Below are positions 30,168 through 42,594 of a stretch of DNA of 64,000 bases, piece by piece. The DNA lies in assembly GCA_037127815.1 (NCBI GenBank), contig JBAXXP010000001.1, positions 232,174 to 296,173 of the forward strand. Reading direction: 5' to 3'. A program made the translations under genes and the position numbers. The notes below the pieces were generated by a model. It was not told the DNA's origin. It saw only the letters and a list, made by a program, of their open reading frames with translations, and ran no database searches. The stretch comes from a bacterium. Its GTDB lineage: Bacteria; Patescibacteriota; Minisyncoccia; Phycocordibacterales; CAIZLB01. The stretch's first letter is position 1. The number at the start of each line of letters is the position of its first letter.

Positions 30168-31128
30168 TACGACACCTGAATATGTTAATCGTCTTAAGAG
30201 CGCAAATCGTAATGATGCCTACAAAATAGGCTTATTATGAAAGACCGCTCTCTTGAAACGAGAGCGGTCTTTCATTTTGAAAAATCGCTCAACTTCAAGA
30301 AACGACGAACTCAGCATTCCTGAAATTTGAAAATTAAATTCTGTACCAGTTTTAGTGGATAACATTCATGTAGTTTAGGCCATGTGGCCGATGCTACCTG
30401 ATACGTATTCTGTTTGGTCTTTTCAATACTGGAGACAGAGCTCCATGAAGTACTACTTTAAGGGTAATGCTGCATGGGGTCGTTATCGTACTTACTCTCA
30501 AGGAGTATGATAACAAAACAGGTAACAAACAAAAGTGATTGTGGTCTTTTTATTTCCTAATAGGAAATATAAGGGCGTATGGTGGATGCCTTGACACAAC
30601 ATAGCGATGAAGGACGCAGCATGGCGGCGATACGCTTCGGGGAGGTGCCTAGCAACCTTTGATCCGGAGATTTCCGAATGGGGAAACCCAAGAGACTTGA
30701 TCTCTTATCTTACTTTTAAGTAAGGTGCGCACCCAGTGAAGTAAAACATTCTAGTAACTGGAGGAAAAGAAAACAAGTACGTAAGTACACAATTTCGTAA
30801 ATAGCGGCGAGCGAAAACGAAATAGCCCAAACCAGACTTCCACATTGGGGATGACATTTTATCGGTTCTTTAATTTATTAGGGAACTATCATTATGCTGT
30901 CTCCTATGTGGCAGTCTGGGGTTGTAAGATAATAATAGGATATTTATATCCAAAGAGTTACAAAATTTTTTGTTAACAGAACGCGTTGGGAAGCGCGACC
31001 AAAGAGGGTGACAGTCCCGTATGTGAAAATAAAAAATCTCTTCTTTATTACTCTTGAGTACCCCGAGACACGAGTGGCTCGGGGGAATCCAGCAGAACTA
31101 ACTGCTAAGGCTAAATATATGTTGTGAT

Positions 31129-31165
<37 letters not shown>

Positions 31166-32591
31166 CAGTCCGATGAGGACAGTGAAATAGACCTGAAACC
31201 ATATGCCTACAAGGAGTCAGAGCGGACGTATTTATACGATCCGTCATGGCGTGCCTATTGAAGAATGAGCCAACGAGTTAATATGTATTGCTCGGCTAAA
31301 TCCGCGAGGATGGAGCCATAGGGAAACCGAGTATTAATAGTGCGTCCGTATTACATATTAGACCCGAAGCCAATGCGAGCTATCCCTGGTCAGGCTGAAC
31401 TTTGTCGAAAGACAAAGGGAGGGCCGAACCCGTATGTCGTTCAACTCATTGGGATGAACTGGGGATAGAAGTGAAAAGCTAATCGAGCTTGGTAATAGCT
31501 GGTTCTCTCCGAAATAGCTTTTGGGTTAGCGTCGTGTGTTCCTCTTGGGGGTAGAGCACTGGAAGGACTCGACAGGGAGAAATCTCGCGAGTCCTATCAA
31601 ACTCCGAATACCAAGAACTAAAGCACGGCAGTTAGTCCGTGGGGGCTAAGCTCCACAGGACAAAAGGGAAACAGCCCTAGATCCATATTTAAGGTCCCTA
31701 AATCTATACTAAGTGCACTTAAGGTGGTGGAATTTCTGAGACAATGAGGAGGTTTGCTTAGAAGCAGCAATCCTTGAAAGATAGCGTAATAGCTCACTCA
31801 TCGAGAGATTCTGCGCCGCAGATTCGCGGGGCTAAAGTATAGTACCGAAACTTGGGGTGTCCTACTGCTTCGGCGGTAGGGCGCGGTAGGAGAGTGTTCT
31901 TGTCTGCGATGAAGGGGAAGAGGTGACTCACCCTGGAGCGTCAAGAAGTAAGAATGTTGGCACAAGTAACCACAATCGGAGTGAAAAACTCCGACGCCGA
32001 AAGAACAAGGTTTCCTTCGCAATGATTGTCATCGAAGGGTTAGTCGGGCCTAAGGGGATGGTGAGAACCGAACCCGACGGACACATGGTTAATATTCCAT
32101 GACTTCTGTATACAGTGATGAAATGACGGAGTGTAGTATGAACAGCGCATAATCGGATTTGTGTCCATGCTTTAAGGAAGTTCTCTAGGTAAGTCCGGAG
32201 AGCTGATTTTAATATCAATTCCAAATAGAGTGGAGACGTTAGGGGTTCGCCTCTAAATAATTGTTCAAAGCACGCTTCCAAGAAAATTTTCTAAACTTAT
32301 GTATGCGGAAACCGTACCGAAAACCGACACAGGTGTTCAGGTCGAGTAGACCAAGGCGAACGGGTGAGAGGTCTTCAAGGAACTCGGCAAAAAAGCAGCC
32401 GTAACTTCGGAATAAGGCTCGCCCTCCCTAAAAAGAGGGTTGCAACAAAAGTATCCCTGGCAACTGTTTATCAAAAACACAGCTCCCTGCGAACTCGTAA
32501 GAGTATGTATAGGGGGTGACACCTGACCGATGCCAGAAGGTTAAACGTTGAGGGTACTATCGCAAGGTAGTGCTGATTGATGTAAGCCCTG

Positions 32592-32626
<35 letters not shown>

Positions 32627-32987
32627 TCAGCATTTGTTTTTATTAATGAATGCTGAAGAACTAGGACTGTTCATAGATGTGTTGATAAATAATGAAGAAC
32701 CAAAGAATGCAAAGGAAAATTAGAGCTGCCTGTTTCAGTAAAATGAAGCGTTCAGACTGACTATATGCTGGTAAATCTGTGTGTGAAAAACACTGTAGTA
32801 TCTAACACTACTAAGTTATAAAATTCGAAAGAAAATTATTTCAAGTAAAAATGTGATTAGTGCAGACGATCAGCAGGAAAGACTAAAAAGTAATTTTTAG
32901 AATCCTCAGAAACCAAACGTCAGACTAAATAGTAATATTTAGAAGATAGAGTTCGATCTTTATAGCGATATAAAGTTAACATAAATT
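32627..32987 (+). mobile_element. Group I intron at L1931, no ORF, non-canonical core
   Basis: Interrupts CCTAAGGT|AGCGAAATT. P ATGCTGG, Q ATCAGCAGG, R TCAGAAACCA, S AAGATAGAGTTC. Ends in T. Confidence 0.88.
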
Positions 32988-33316
32988 AGCGAAATTCCTT
33001 GTCAGGTAAGTTCTGACGCGCACGAATGGTGTAATGACTGGGGAACTGTCTCGAAGACCCGCCCGGTGAAAATGCAATGGAGGTGAAGATGCCTCCTACC
33101 TGCAGCTAGACGAAAAGACCCCAGAAGCTTCACTGCAACTTGATATTGATTGTATGTTTTTACTGCGTAGAATAGATGGGAGAGGTTGAGATCCTGATTT
33201 CGGTTAGGGTGGACTCGTCAGTGAAATACCATTCTTTAAAAATATACATTCTAACCTCGACGGAAAAAACGTCGAGAGACAGTATCTGGTGGGCAGTTTT
33301 AGTGGGGCGCTATCCT

Positions 33317-33680
33317 CGAGGGTTTAAATTAATTTTTGAATCCTCGAACTATGGCGCCTCCAGAGATTTGTCATCTCGAAACAAATAAAAAAGGGGGACT
33401 GTAATAAGTAATTATTATTAGAAAAGTTAGTTATATGCTGGAAAATCTGTGTCTTCAATGACTTAGAATGCAAGCTACCTATTAATTTAGGTAACAATGT
33501 TTGCATGCAGACTATCAGCAGGAAAGATTTCTATCACAAAAAGTAAAATTGATGTAATAGAGAAATCCTCAGAGACTATACGCTAACCGTCCAGTAAAAT
33601 GGATGATGATATAGTCCGATCTTTATAGCGATATAAAGCTTACTGAAAAGTAAGGCTTAGTAAAATAAGTAACATAAATG
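33317..33680 (+). mobile_element. Group I intron at L2262, no ORF, canonical
   Basis: Interrupts GCTATCCT|CCTAAAAAG. P ATGCTGGAAA, Q ATCAGCAGG, R TCAGAGACTA, S GATATAGTCC; IGS AGGGGGA at 33392-33398; terminal G. Confidence 0.92.
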
Positions 33681-34066
33681 CCTAAAAAGTAACGGAGGAG
33701 TCTATTAAGGTCAGCTAGGCGCGAATGGAAACCGTGCCGATAGTGCAATGGCATAAGCTGGCTTGACTGTGAGGCGTAAGTGCCAAACAGACGCGAAAGC
33801 GGAGCATAGTGAACCGAGGGTCCGCATTAGATGCGGCCAAAGATTATCTGACAAAAGCTACTCTGGGGATAACAGGCTGGTTGTGCCTAAGCGTCCATAG
33901 CGACGGCACAGTTCGGCACCTCGATGTCGGCTCGACTTATCCTGGGGGTGAAGAAGCTCCCAAGGGTATGGCTGTTCGCCATTTAAAAAGTCACGCGAGC
34001 TGGGTTCAGACCGTCGTAAGACAGGTTGGTCTCCTATCTGCTGCAGGCGTTGATACTTGAGAGGAA

Positions 34067-34097
<31 letters not shown>

Positions 34098-34412
34098 TGA
34101 TCTCTGGTGTACCAGTTGTCTTGCCAAAGGCATCGCTGGGTAGCTATATCGGGAATGGATAAGCTCTGAAAGCATCTAAGAGCGAAGCCAACCTCAAGAT
34201 AAGGTATCGTTTGAGATCCGTGAGAGATTATCACGTTGATAGGCACTAAGTATAAGCATAGTAATATGTTCAGCTGAGGTGTACTAATAAATCGATTCTT
34301 ATTAGGAAATATGAAGATTCACGATCACTTTTGTTTGTGACCTAAATTACAAAATAATAATTCTGCAAGTTTTATTATAGAACCATGAAAAGACCTTTAA
34401 ATTGACCGTTTC

Positions 34413-34525
34413 GTTCTGGTGACTCGTCGGAGGGGCCACACCTGATCTCATTCCGAACTCAGAAGTTAAGACCTCCAGAGGCGATGATACTCACTTGTTG
34501 GGGAAAGTAGCTCGTCGCCAGAACA
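34413..34525 (+). rRNA. rrf: 5S rRNA
   Basis: TCTGGTGAC...CACACCTGATCTCATTCCGAACTCAGAAGTTAAG...GTCGCCAGA. Confidence 0.93.
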
Positions 34526-34761
34526 TAGCGGTTAATTTAAATATTAAAAGAACTAGCCCATGAAATGAAAATTTTGTGGGTGTTTTTTTGTATTAATTTT
34601 GTATTTCTTCTGTATTGCTTTGTTGCTCATCTCAAAAAGATAAACACAAGCTATTTAGAGACTAGTGAGTTGCAACGAACTGAGAGGATTTTCAGCAGAA
34701 AATCATCGTACTCTAAATAGCTTGTGTTTATCTTTGTTACTAACTCTGCTAGAATGTATTT

Positions 34762-35517
34762 ATGAACTGGTCTATTCAAAAACAACTTATTTACGGTATT
34801 ACATTTGTAATGATTTTATCAGCACTAATTGGCTTACCATTGTATTTTAACTTCTTTAATAAGTCACCAACTTGTTTTGATAATAAGCGGAATCAGGATG
34901 AGACTGGAGTTGACTGTGGAGGTATTTGTACAAAGGCCTGCACAGCAGATGTAATTGGAACACCGTTGCTTTTGTGGTCTAGAGCTTTTACAATTGCTAA
35001 TGGAAAAAATAATTTAGTTGCGTATCTTCAAAATCCAAATCTAAATTACATTTCAGAGCCTTTTTCTTATGTATTTAATGTTTTTGATGATAACAATATT
35101 TTACTTGGAACAAGGGAGGGTGTTGTAAGTGCTACGAATGAGAAAAATTTTGTTGTCTTTGAACAAGCTTTTGATGCTGGGCAAAGAAAAATTGGTAAGG
35201 TTATTTTTGAGATAACATCTCCTGTTACATGGATCAGAAAACCATCAGAAAAGGCAAAGGTCACAGTATCATCGGATCAAATAATTTCTGTAGCTGGTAT
35301 ACCAACATTGACTTCAACGATTACTAATACAACAGTAAAAACGTACACTAATTTTTATGTTGTCGCAATTGTATATGATGTAGATGGAAATGCTAAGGTG
35401 GTATCAAGAACATTAGTCGATGAATTGAGAGGAAACGGAAAGGCTGATGTTGTGTTTACGTGGCCATATCTAACAGATTTAAAGTATTCTAAAATAGAAC
35501 TGTTGCCAAAGATCTAG
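34762..35517 (+). CDS. Membrane-anchored hypothetical protein with Cys-rich motif
   Basis: TM followed by TCFDNKRNQDETGVDCGGIC; Ig-like C-terminus. Confidence 0.65.
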   Translation: MNWSIQKQLIYGITFVMILSALIGLPLYFNFFNKSPTCFDNKRNQDETGVDCGGICTKACTADVIGTPLLLWSRAFTIANGKNNLVAYLQNPNLNYISEPFSYVFNVFDDNNILLGTREGVVSATNEKNFVVFEQAFDAGQRKIGKVIFEITSPVTWIRKPSEKAKVTVSSDQIISVAGIPTLTSTITNTTVKTYTNFYVVAIVYDVDGNAKVVSRTLVDELRGNGKADVVFTWPYLTDLKYSKIELLPKI

Positions 35518-35565
35518 TTTTCAAACTTATAGAAATTAAATATTCTACAAATAACCTTTATTAAA

Positions 35566-36708
35566 ATGATTGTGATAGATGAAATATTATCCTCAAAGAA
35601 AAAATGGCGCCCAGATCTCTATATTTTAGGCGCTGTATTGCCAATATTAGGAGCGGGGCTTATAACAATGAAATCTTTTGTTGGCAGCAGTGATTATTTT
35701 GGTAGACAATTAGTTTGGATAATTGTTGCGTTAATGGCTTTTTTTGTATCAAGTAAAATAGATTTTAGAGTATTAAAGCGAACTTCAGTAATTGTTGTTT
35801 TATACGGCTTGTCTACATTAATGCTTGTTGCGCTGTTTGTTTTTGGATCTATTTCAAACGGAGCAAAAAGTTGGATAAATGTTGGGCTTTTTTCTATTCA
35901 ACCATCTGATCCCGCAAAATTAATTCTAATATTGCTACTAGCTAAGTATTTTTCTAGACGTCATATGGAAATTGCAAATATACGCCATATAATTGTTTCT
36001 GGGGCCTATACTTTTATTGTTTTCATTTTGGTGGCACTGCATCCAGACTTAGGTTCTGCTATTACAATTTTTGCAATTTGGTTTGGAATGGTTCTATTTT
36101 CTGGTATTTCAAAGAAACACCTCGCTATAGTTTTTTTAAGTGGTTCATTGGTATTTTTTGGGGCTTGGAATCTGGTTTTCAAGGAGTATCAAAAAAATAG
36201 AATCATTAACTTCATCACTCCCTCGGCTGATGTTAGGGGTAGTGGATATAATGCAAGACAAGCGATGATAACCGTTGGTTCTGGTGAATTATTTGGGCGT
36301 GGAATTGGCTATGGTACTCAATCAAGACTACAGTTCCTTCCTGAATATCAAACAGACTTTGTTTTTGCAGCTTTTGCAGAAGAATGGGGTTTTGTAGGTG
36401 TAATAATTCTAATGAGTTTATTTGCATTAATTATTGCCAGAATTTTATATATAGCTTCAAAAGGGGAGACAAACTTTGAGATATTATTTGGGGTTGGGCT
36501 CGCTATATTCTTTATGTCGCACTTAATAATTAATATAGGAATGAACATTGGCCTCATGCCGGTAACTGGTATTCCAGTTCCATTTATGAGTTATGGTGGG
36601 TCTCACTTGGTTACAGAATTTGTTGGTTTAGGTCTTTTGATGTCCATGAGGAAGTATTCTAGGCCTATACATAAGGACAGAACCAATAATGAGTTTCTGG
36701 GATACTAG
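35566..36708 (+). CDS. rodA: SEDS protein RodA
   Basis: GAKSWI, IQPSD, HPDLG, FLPEYQTDF, PFMSYGGS. Confidence 0.88.
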   Translation: MIVIDEILSSKKKWRPDLYILGAVLPILGAGLITMKSFVGSSDYFGRQLVWIIVALMAFFVSSKIDFRVLKRTSVIVVLYGLSTLMLVALFVFGSISNGAKSWINVGLFSIQPSDPAKLILILLLAKYFSRRHMEIANIRHIIVSGAYTFIVFILVALHPDLGSAITIFAIWFGMVLFSGISKKHLAIVFLSGSLVFFGAWNLVFKEYQKNRIINFITPSADVRGSGYNARQAMITVGSGELFGRGIGYGTQSRLQFLPEYQTDFVFAAFAEEWGFVGVIILMSLFALIIARILYIASKGETNFEILFGVGLAIFFMSHLIINIGMNIGLMPVTGIPVPFMSYGGSHLVTEFVGLGLLMSMRKYSRPIHKDRTNNEFLGY

Positions 36709-36847
36709 GCTTTCTGCTTTTTTTGTGTTCCATATCAATCTGTTCTTTACAGAGCTTTTGTTTTTATAATATATTTTATAACACTTCTATTGGCATAATG
36801 TACACCCTTGTCACAATTCTTTAAGTGAGTATAATTGGCGTTATCAT

Positions 36848-38347
36848 ATGAAAAAAGTCAGAATTAGCGCAATCTTACTGCTTATCTTCGGATTCGCAGT
36901 ACTAGGATTTGATTATTATTCACAAGTTCCGGGCCAAGGATTTATTTCTAATTTTCCTTTTAAACTTGGCTTAGATCTTAGCGGTGGATCACACTTGGTT
37001 TATCAAGCAGACCTTCAAAAATCTGGCTCCGTTGGGGGTGTTAAGGATGTTGATGGAGCAATGGAAAGTCTAAGGGGGGTTATTGAATCAAGAATTAACG
37101 CCTTTGGAGTTTCAGAGCCTATCATTCAAACAGAAAAATCTACAATTAACGGGCAAGAAGTTCGTAAATTAGTTGTAGAGCTTCCTGGTGTAACAGACCT
37201 GAAGAGTGCTATTGATACAATAGGAAAGACTCCAGTTCTTGAATTTAAGATTCAAAAAGAGGGGGTGGGAGAAGCTGATCTTACAAAAGCTACAGAGCTA
37301 CAAAAAGCCCTTAACGAGCTATCTACATCATCTAGCGCTTCAGCTGTAGCTTCAGCAAATGCTGTTGATGCAACAAGCTCATTAATTTCACTATTAACAT
37401 CAACAAGTACAAATAACCAAACAGCTAAAGCAACATCAACTGTTGCTGCTACAGTAGACTATTCAAAGCTATATGATGACGTTGGACTAACAGGTCAATA
37501 CCTTAAATCAGCGCAAGTACAATTTGATACAAACACAAGACAACCTCTTGTTGCAATTTCTTTTGATGAAACAGGAAAGGCAAAGTTTGCAGAGGTTACT
37601 GGAAAAAACATCGGAAAGATTTTAGCTATTTTCCTAGACGGAAAGCCAATTTCTACTCCAGTAATTAGAGATCAAATCAAGGATGGAAGCGCTGTGATTT
37701 CAGGAAACTTTACTCCAGAGGAGGCAAAGTCACTTGCTAGAGACCTAAGATATGGTGCTCTACCTGTTCCTATAACACTTATTGGAACTCAATCAATTGG
37801 TGCTTCTCTTGGTGAAAACGCACTTAAGGCTAGTGTTGATGCAGGACTTTGGGGATTCCTTATTATCGCAATATTCCTATTGCTATGGTATAGACTTCCT
37901 GGTCTTGTAGCTATTGTTTCATTATCAATGTATACAATATTCATGCTAGCAATATTTAAGATGATTCCGGTTGTTCTAACTTCAGCTGGACTTGCTGCCT
38001 TTATTCTATCTATTGGTATGGCGGTTGATGGAAATATTCTAATCTTTGAAAGAATGAGAGAAGAACTTGCAAAAGGCCACTCTCTTGAAGATGGTATAAG
38101 AGAAGGTTTTGCGCGCGCATGGCTTTCAATTAGAGATTCAAACTTATCAAGTATTATTACTGCTGTTATTCTTTATTTCTTTGCAACATCTGCATTAATT
38201 AAAGGTTTTGCATTAGTATTCTTAATTGGTGTGTTGGTTTCAATGTTTACAGCTATTACAATTTCAAGAACTTTCCTTCTTGCACTTGGTGTTAAGAAAC
38301 ACAAGGGAATTGTAAAGTTTTTATTCAGTAATGGCCTAAGACGCTAA
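36848..38347 (+). CDS. secD: Protein translocase subunit SecD
   Basis: LGLDLSGG, INAFGVSEP, GMAVDGNILIFERMREE. Confidence 0.96.
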   Translation: MKKVRISAILLLIFGFAVLGFDYYSQVPGQGFISNFPFKLGLDLSGGSHLVYQADLQKSGSVGGVKDVDGAMESLRGVIESRINAFGVSEPIIQTEKSTINGQEVRKLVVELPGVTDLKSAIDTIGKTPVLEFKIQKEGVGEADLTKATELQKALNELSTSSSASAVASANAVDATSSLISLLTSTSTNNQTAKATSTVAATVDYSKLYDDVGLTGQYLKSAQVQFDTNTRQPLVAISFDETGKAKFAEVTGKNIGKILAIFLDGKPISTPVIRDQIKDGSAVISGNFTPEEAKSLARDLRYGALPVPITLIGTQSIGASLGENALKASVDAGLWGFLIIAIFLLLWYRLPGLVAIVSLSMYTIFMLAIFKMIPVVLTSAGLAAFILSIGMAVDGNILIFERMREELAKGHSLEDGIREGFARAWLSIRDSNLSSIITAVILYFFATSALIKGFALVFLIGVLVSMFTAITISRTFLLALGVKKHKGIVKFLFSNGLRR

Positions 38348-38370
38348 TTTAAAAGACTAAAAATAATATT

Positions 38371-39351
38371 ATGTTTGTAGTTAAATACAGAAAAATTTTT
38401 TACACGTTATCAATACTCCTAGTATTATTCTCTATATTTTCAATTTCAAAATATGGACTAAATTACGGAATTGATTTCAAAGGTGGTTCAATTATTGAAG
38501 TTGAATACAAGGGCGCAAAACCATCTCATGATGAGATTACATCAATTGTTAAAAATGCTGGTGTCACAAGTGAAATAGTTGTAAGACCAACGGGGGATAT
38601 GGGTTATATTATTAGAACTGCCGATTTAGCATCTAGTACAATTGATTCAGTTACAGCGAGTCTAAAGACTGGAGTTGCTGGAACATCAACAGCCACAACT
38701 TCTGCTGTTGCCGCTTTTTCAGATTCAAATAACTCTGGTGTAGCAACATCAACAGCCATTAAAGGAGAAATAAAAAGAATGGATACAGTAGGACCGATTC
38801 TTGGTCAAGAGCTTCAATCAAAGGCTTGGACTTCAATTCTTTTTGTTATACTTGCGATTGTTTTGTTCATCACATTTGCATTTAGACATGTTTCAAAGCC
38901 TGTCTCATCATGGAAATATGGGCTGTCAGCCGTTATTGCACTTGCTCATGACGTATTGGTTCCAACTGGAATCTACGTGTTCCTAGGAAGGAATGGAGGC
39001 TTTGAAATCGACGCACTCTTTGTCACTGCTATTCTTGTTATACTTGGATTCTCAGTTCACGATACAATTGTTGTGTTTGATAGAACAAGAGAGAACCTAA
39101 AGCTAGATGATCATCATAAGGATGCATTTGATAAAACTGTTGGAAAGAGTATTAGTCAAACATTCACTAGATCTATAAACACTTCATTGGTTACAGTGCT
39201 AGCGTTGGTTGCTCTATATATCTTTGGGGCTGAGGCAACTAGAAACTTCTCATTGATATTGATTATTGGTATTGTTTTGGGAACATACTCATCAGTATTT
39301 CTAGGATCTCCACTTTTGGTTACTTTTTGGAAGGGACAAAAGAATAACTAG
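38371..39351 (+). CDS. secF: Protein translocase subunit SecF
   Basis: GIDFKGG, VGPILG, GFSVHDTIVVFDRTRE. Confidence 0.96.
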   Translation: MFVVKYRKIFYTLSILLVLFSIFSISKYGLNYGIDFKGGSIIEVEYKGAKPSHDEITSIVKNAGVTSEIVVRPTGDMGYIIRTADLASSTIDSVTASLKTGVAGTSTATTSAVAAFSDSNNSGVATSTAIKGEIKRMDTVGPILGQELQSKAWTSILFVILAIVLFITFAFRHVSKPVSSWKYGLSAVIALAHDVLVPTGIYVFLGRNGGFEIDALFVTAILVILGFSVHDTIVVFDRTRENLKLDDHHKDAFDKTVGKSISQTFTRSINTSLVTVLALVALYIFGAEATRNFSLILIIGIVLGTYSSVFLGSPLLVTFWKGQKNN

Positions 39352-39492
39352 TCTATTGAGCATGGGGCATTAGATTGCGGTCAGGTAATAGATTAGAAGA
39401 CAAACTGAGGTCAGACAATAGAAGATATGGTATAATCGTAAACATCAAACAATTAGTTTGGTGTTTATTGTTTTAATTTAACTAAAGTACCG

Positions 39493-40215
39493 ATGAATAA
39501 AATATCAGTTAAGATCTCATGGAAATCCGGTTTAGAGACATTCAAGAAAAATTGGCAAATTCTAATATATGCAGTAGCTGTACCGTTCCTTGTTGGTGTG
39601 GTTATGGACGAAGCTTTTAAAATTAATGATATGAAGAAGTTGGTAACTGAGTCTTTATATCCCTTGTTTGGGACTAAGGCTTTATACCCCTTAATGCTGC
39701 TTATTTTATACTATGTAGTCAAGTTTTTGATGCAGGTATTATTTAATGCAGGTCAAACAAAGATAAAACTAGATTCTATTGAAGGCAGTGAGACAAAATT
39801 TTCTGACCTATTCAATTCCCAGGGTGTATATTTGAGACTTATAGCTGTCACCGTGATTTATTCGCTTGCAGTCCTAGGGGGTATGATATTATTGATTATT
39901 CCGGGAATATACATAGCTATAAGATATTGTTTTGCTTCCACATTGATTGTAGACAAGAAGATGGGGATAGGGGAGGCTTTTGCTAAATCAAGAGCGATGA
40001 CTGAGGGGAAAATGGTGGAATTATTTCTGTTTTTCATATTGTCTGGCCTCCTAGTTCTATCTGGTCTAATTGCCTTGGGAGTCGGAATTGTTGTAACCTT
40101 TATAATCTTTGAGCTAGCATTCCTTCATTTATATAAATCTCTACTTAATCAATCTGAAGAGCAAGTGAGTGGTGGTCAAATGGAAATCGAGGAAATTTCA
40201 ACTTTAGAGCAGTAA
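39493..40215 (+). CDS. Integral membrane protein (DUF975-like)
   Basis: LLIIPGIYIAIRY...EAFAKSRAMTEG. Confidence 0.65.
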   Translation: MNKISVKISWKSGLETFKKNWQILIYAVAVPFLVGVVMDEAFKINDMKKLVTESLYPLFGTKALYPLMLLILYYVVKFLMQVLFNAGQTKIKLDSIEGSETKFSDLFNSQGVYLRLIAVTVIYSLAVLGGMILLIIPGIYIAIRYCFASTLIVDKKMGIGEAFAKSRAMTEGKMVELFLFFILSGLLVLSGLIALGVGIVVTFIIFELAFLHLYKSLLNQSEEQVSGGQMEIEEISTLEQ

Positions 40216-40386
40216 TTATCTCGTAAAATTAGGTAAAATTATAAGAATTAGAAAATTGGTAGATTTTAAATTGAAAAAAGTGGAAAAAATTAGGTCATTC
40301 CATCTTTAAAATATCGTTATTTGTAGGGCTATAAGTGATATTTTAGGCTTAAAAAAAGGTTCTACATAAAGTCCATCCAAAAAGAC

Positions 40387-40414
40387 TTGACGGCAAGCGT
40401 TTTATGGCTATAAT
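40387..40414 (+). promoter_or_regulatory. 16S promoter (TTGACG-16-TATAAT)
   Basis: Near-consensus hexamers followed by TACGAC. Confidence 0.8.
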
Positions 40415-40595
40415 TACGACCACGCCACTGATGATTTTCACAAATCATTTGATTAAATCGCAGGGGGCCGTCCTAGGAATCTCCCAGGAATATTGAGTTA
40501 GGTAAAACTAATAAAATATTTCAGGCATTTCTAAAGACATCTTTGACAACTAAATGACAACCAACAAACGTCCTTTTTTTTGTTCTGTTTGAGTT

Positions 40596-42075
<1,480 letters not shown>

Positions 42076-42288
42076 TGAAAAATGCGTACATGAATTTCAT
42101 GTATTAGCTGAATACGGTTGATCGAACTTAATTTATTAAGCTCAATGAGATTATGCCTCGAGAATGCATAAGGAAGGTATAACCTAAATATACTGCCTCC
42201 TGGGAACAAGGCCAGGCCAAACAGAACAATAATAAGGACGGTTGAGGTTGTCATTTAGTCGCCAAAGTACATATTTTATATGATAAAA

Positions 42289-42312
42289 GTACTCCGCAAG
42301 CGGGGTTTTTTT
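42289..42312 (+). terminator. Terminator after 16S
   Basis: ACTCCGC-AA-GCGGGGT followed by a T-run. Confidence 0.6.
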
Positions 42313-42424
42313 ATTGCTTTGTTTTTCTTAAAATAGTCTTTAAAATAGACTTGTTTTTAATGGGATAATTTGATACATTATAAACCACAAACAGCAAAGG
42401 TTTGACAAGTCTGTTTGTAAGAAT

Positions 42425-42498
42425 GCGTGTGTAGCTCAGCTGGTTAGAGCACTTCACTGATAATGAAGAGGCCGCAGGTTCGAGTCCTGCCACACGCA
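42425..42498 (+). tRNA. tRNA-Ile(GAT); CCA not encoded
   Basis: Acceptor stem GCGTGTG/CACACGC, anticodon arm CTTCA-CTGATAA-TGAAG, TTCGAGT loop. Confidence 0.95.
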
Positions 42499-42594
42499 CA
42501 AAGTAAGTCTCAAGTTTGAATCTATAAGTTATAAAATCTGCAGGGTAACCTGTGGATTTTTTAATTGATTTTTGCAATATACCATATATGATAT

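Noticed and set aside
29785-30240. 151-aa ORF
   Set aside because: Overlaps a real CDS, a hairpin and the rRNA promoter, and has no recognisable motifs.
32627-32987. Group II intron (ends in AT)
   Set aside because: No GUGYG 5' end or domain V; it has group I P/Q/R/S elements.
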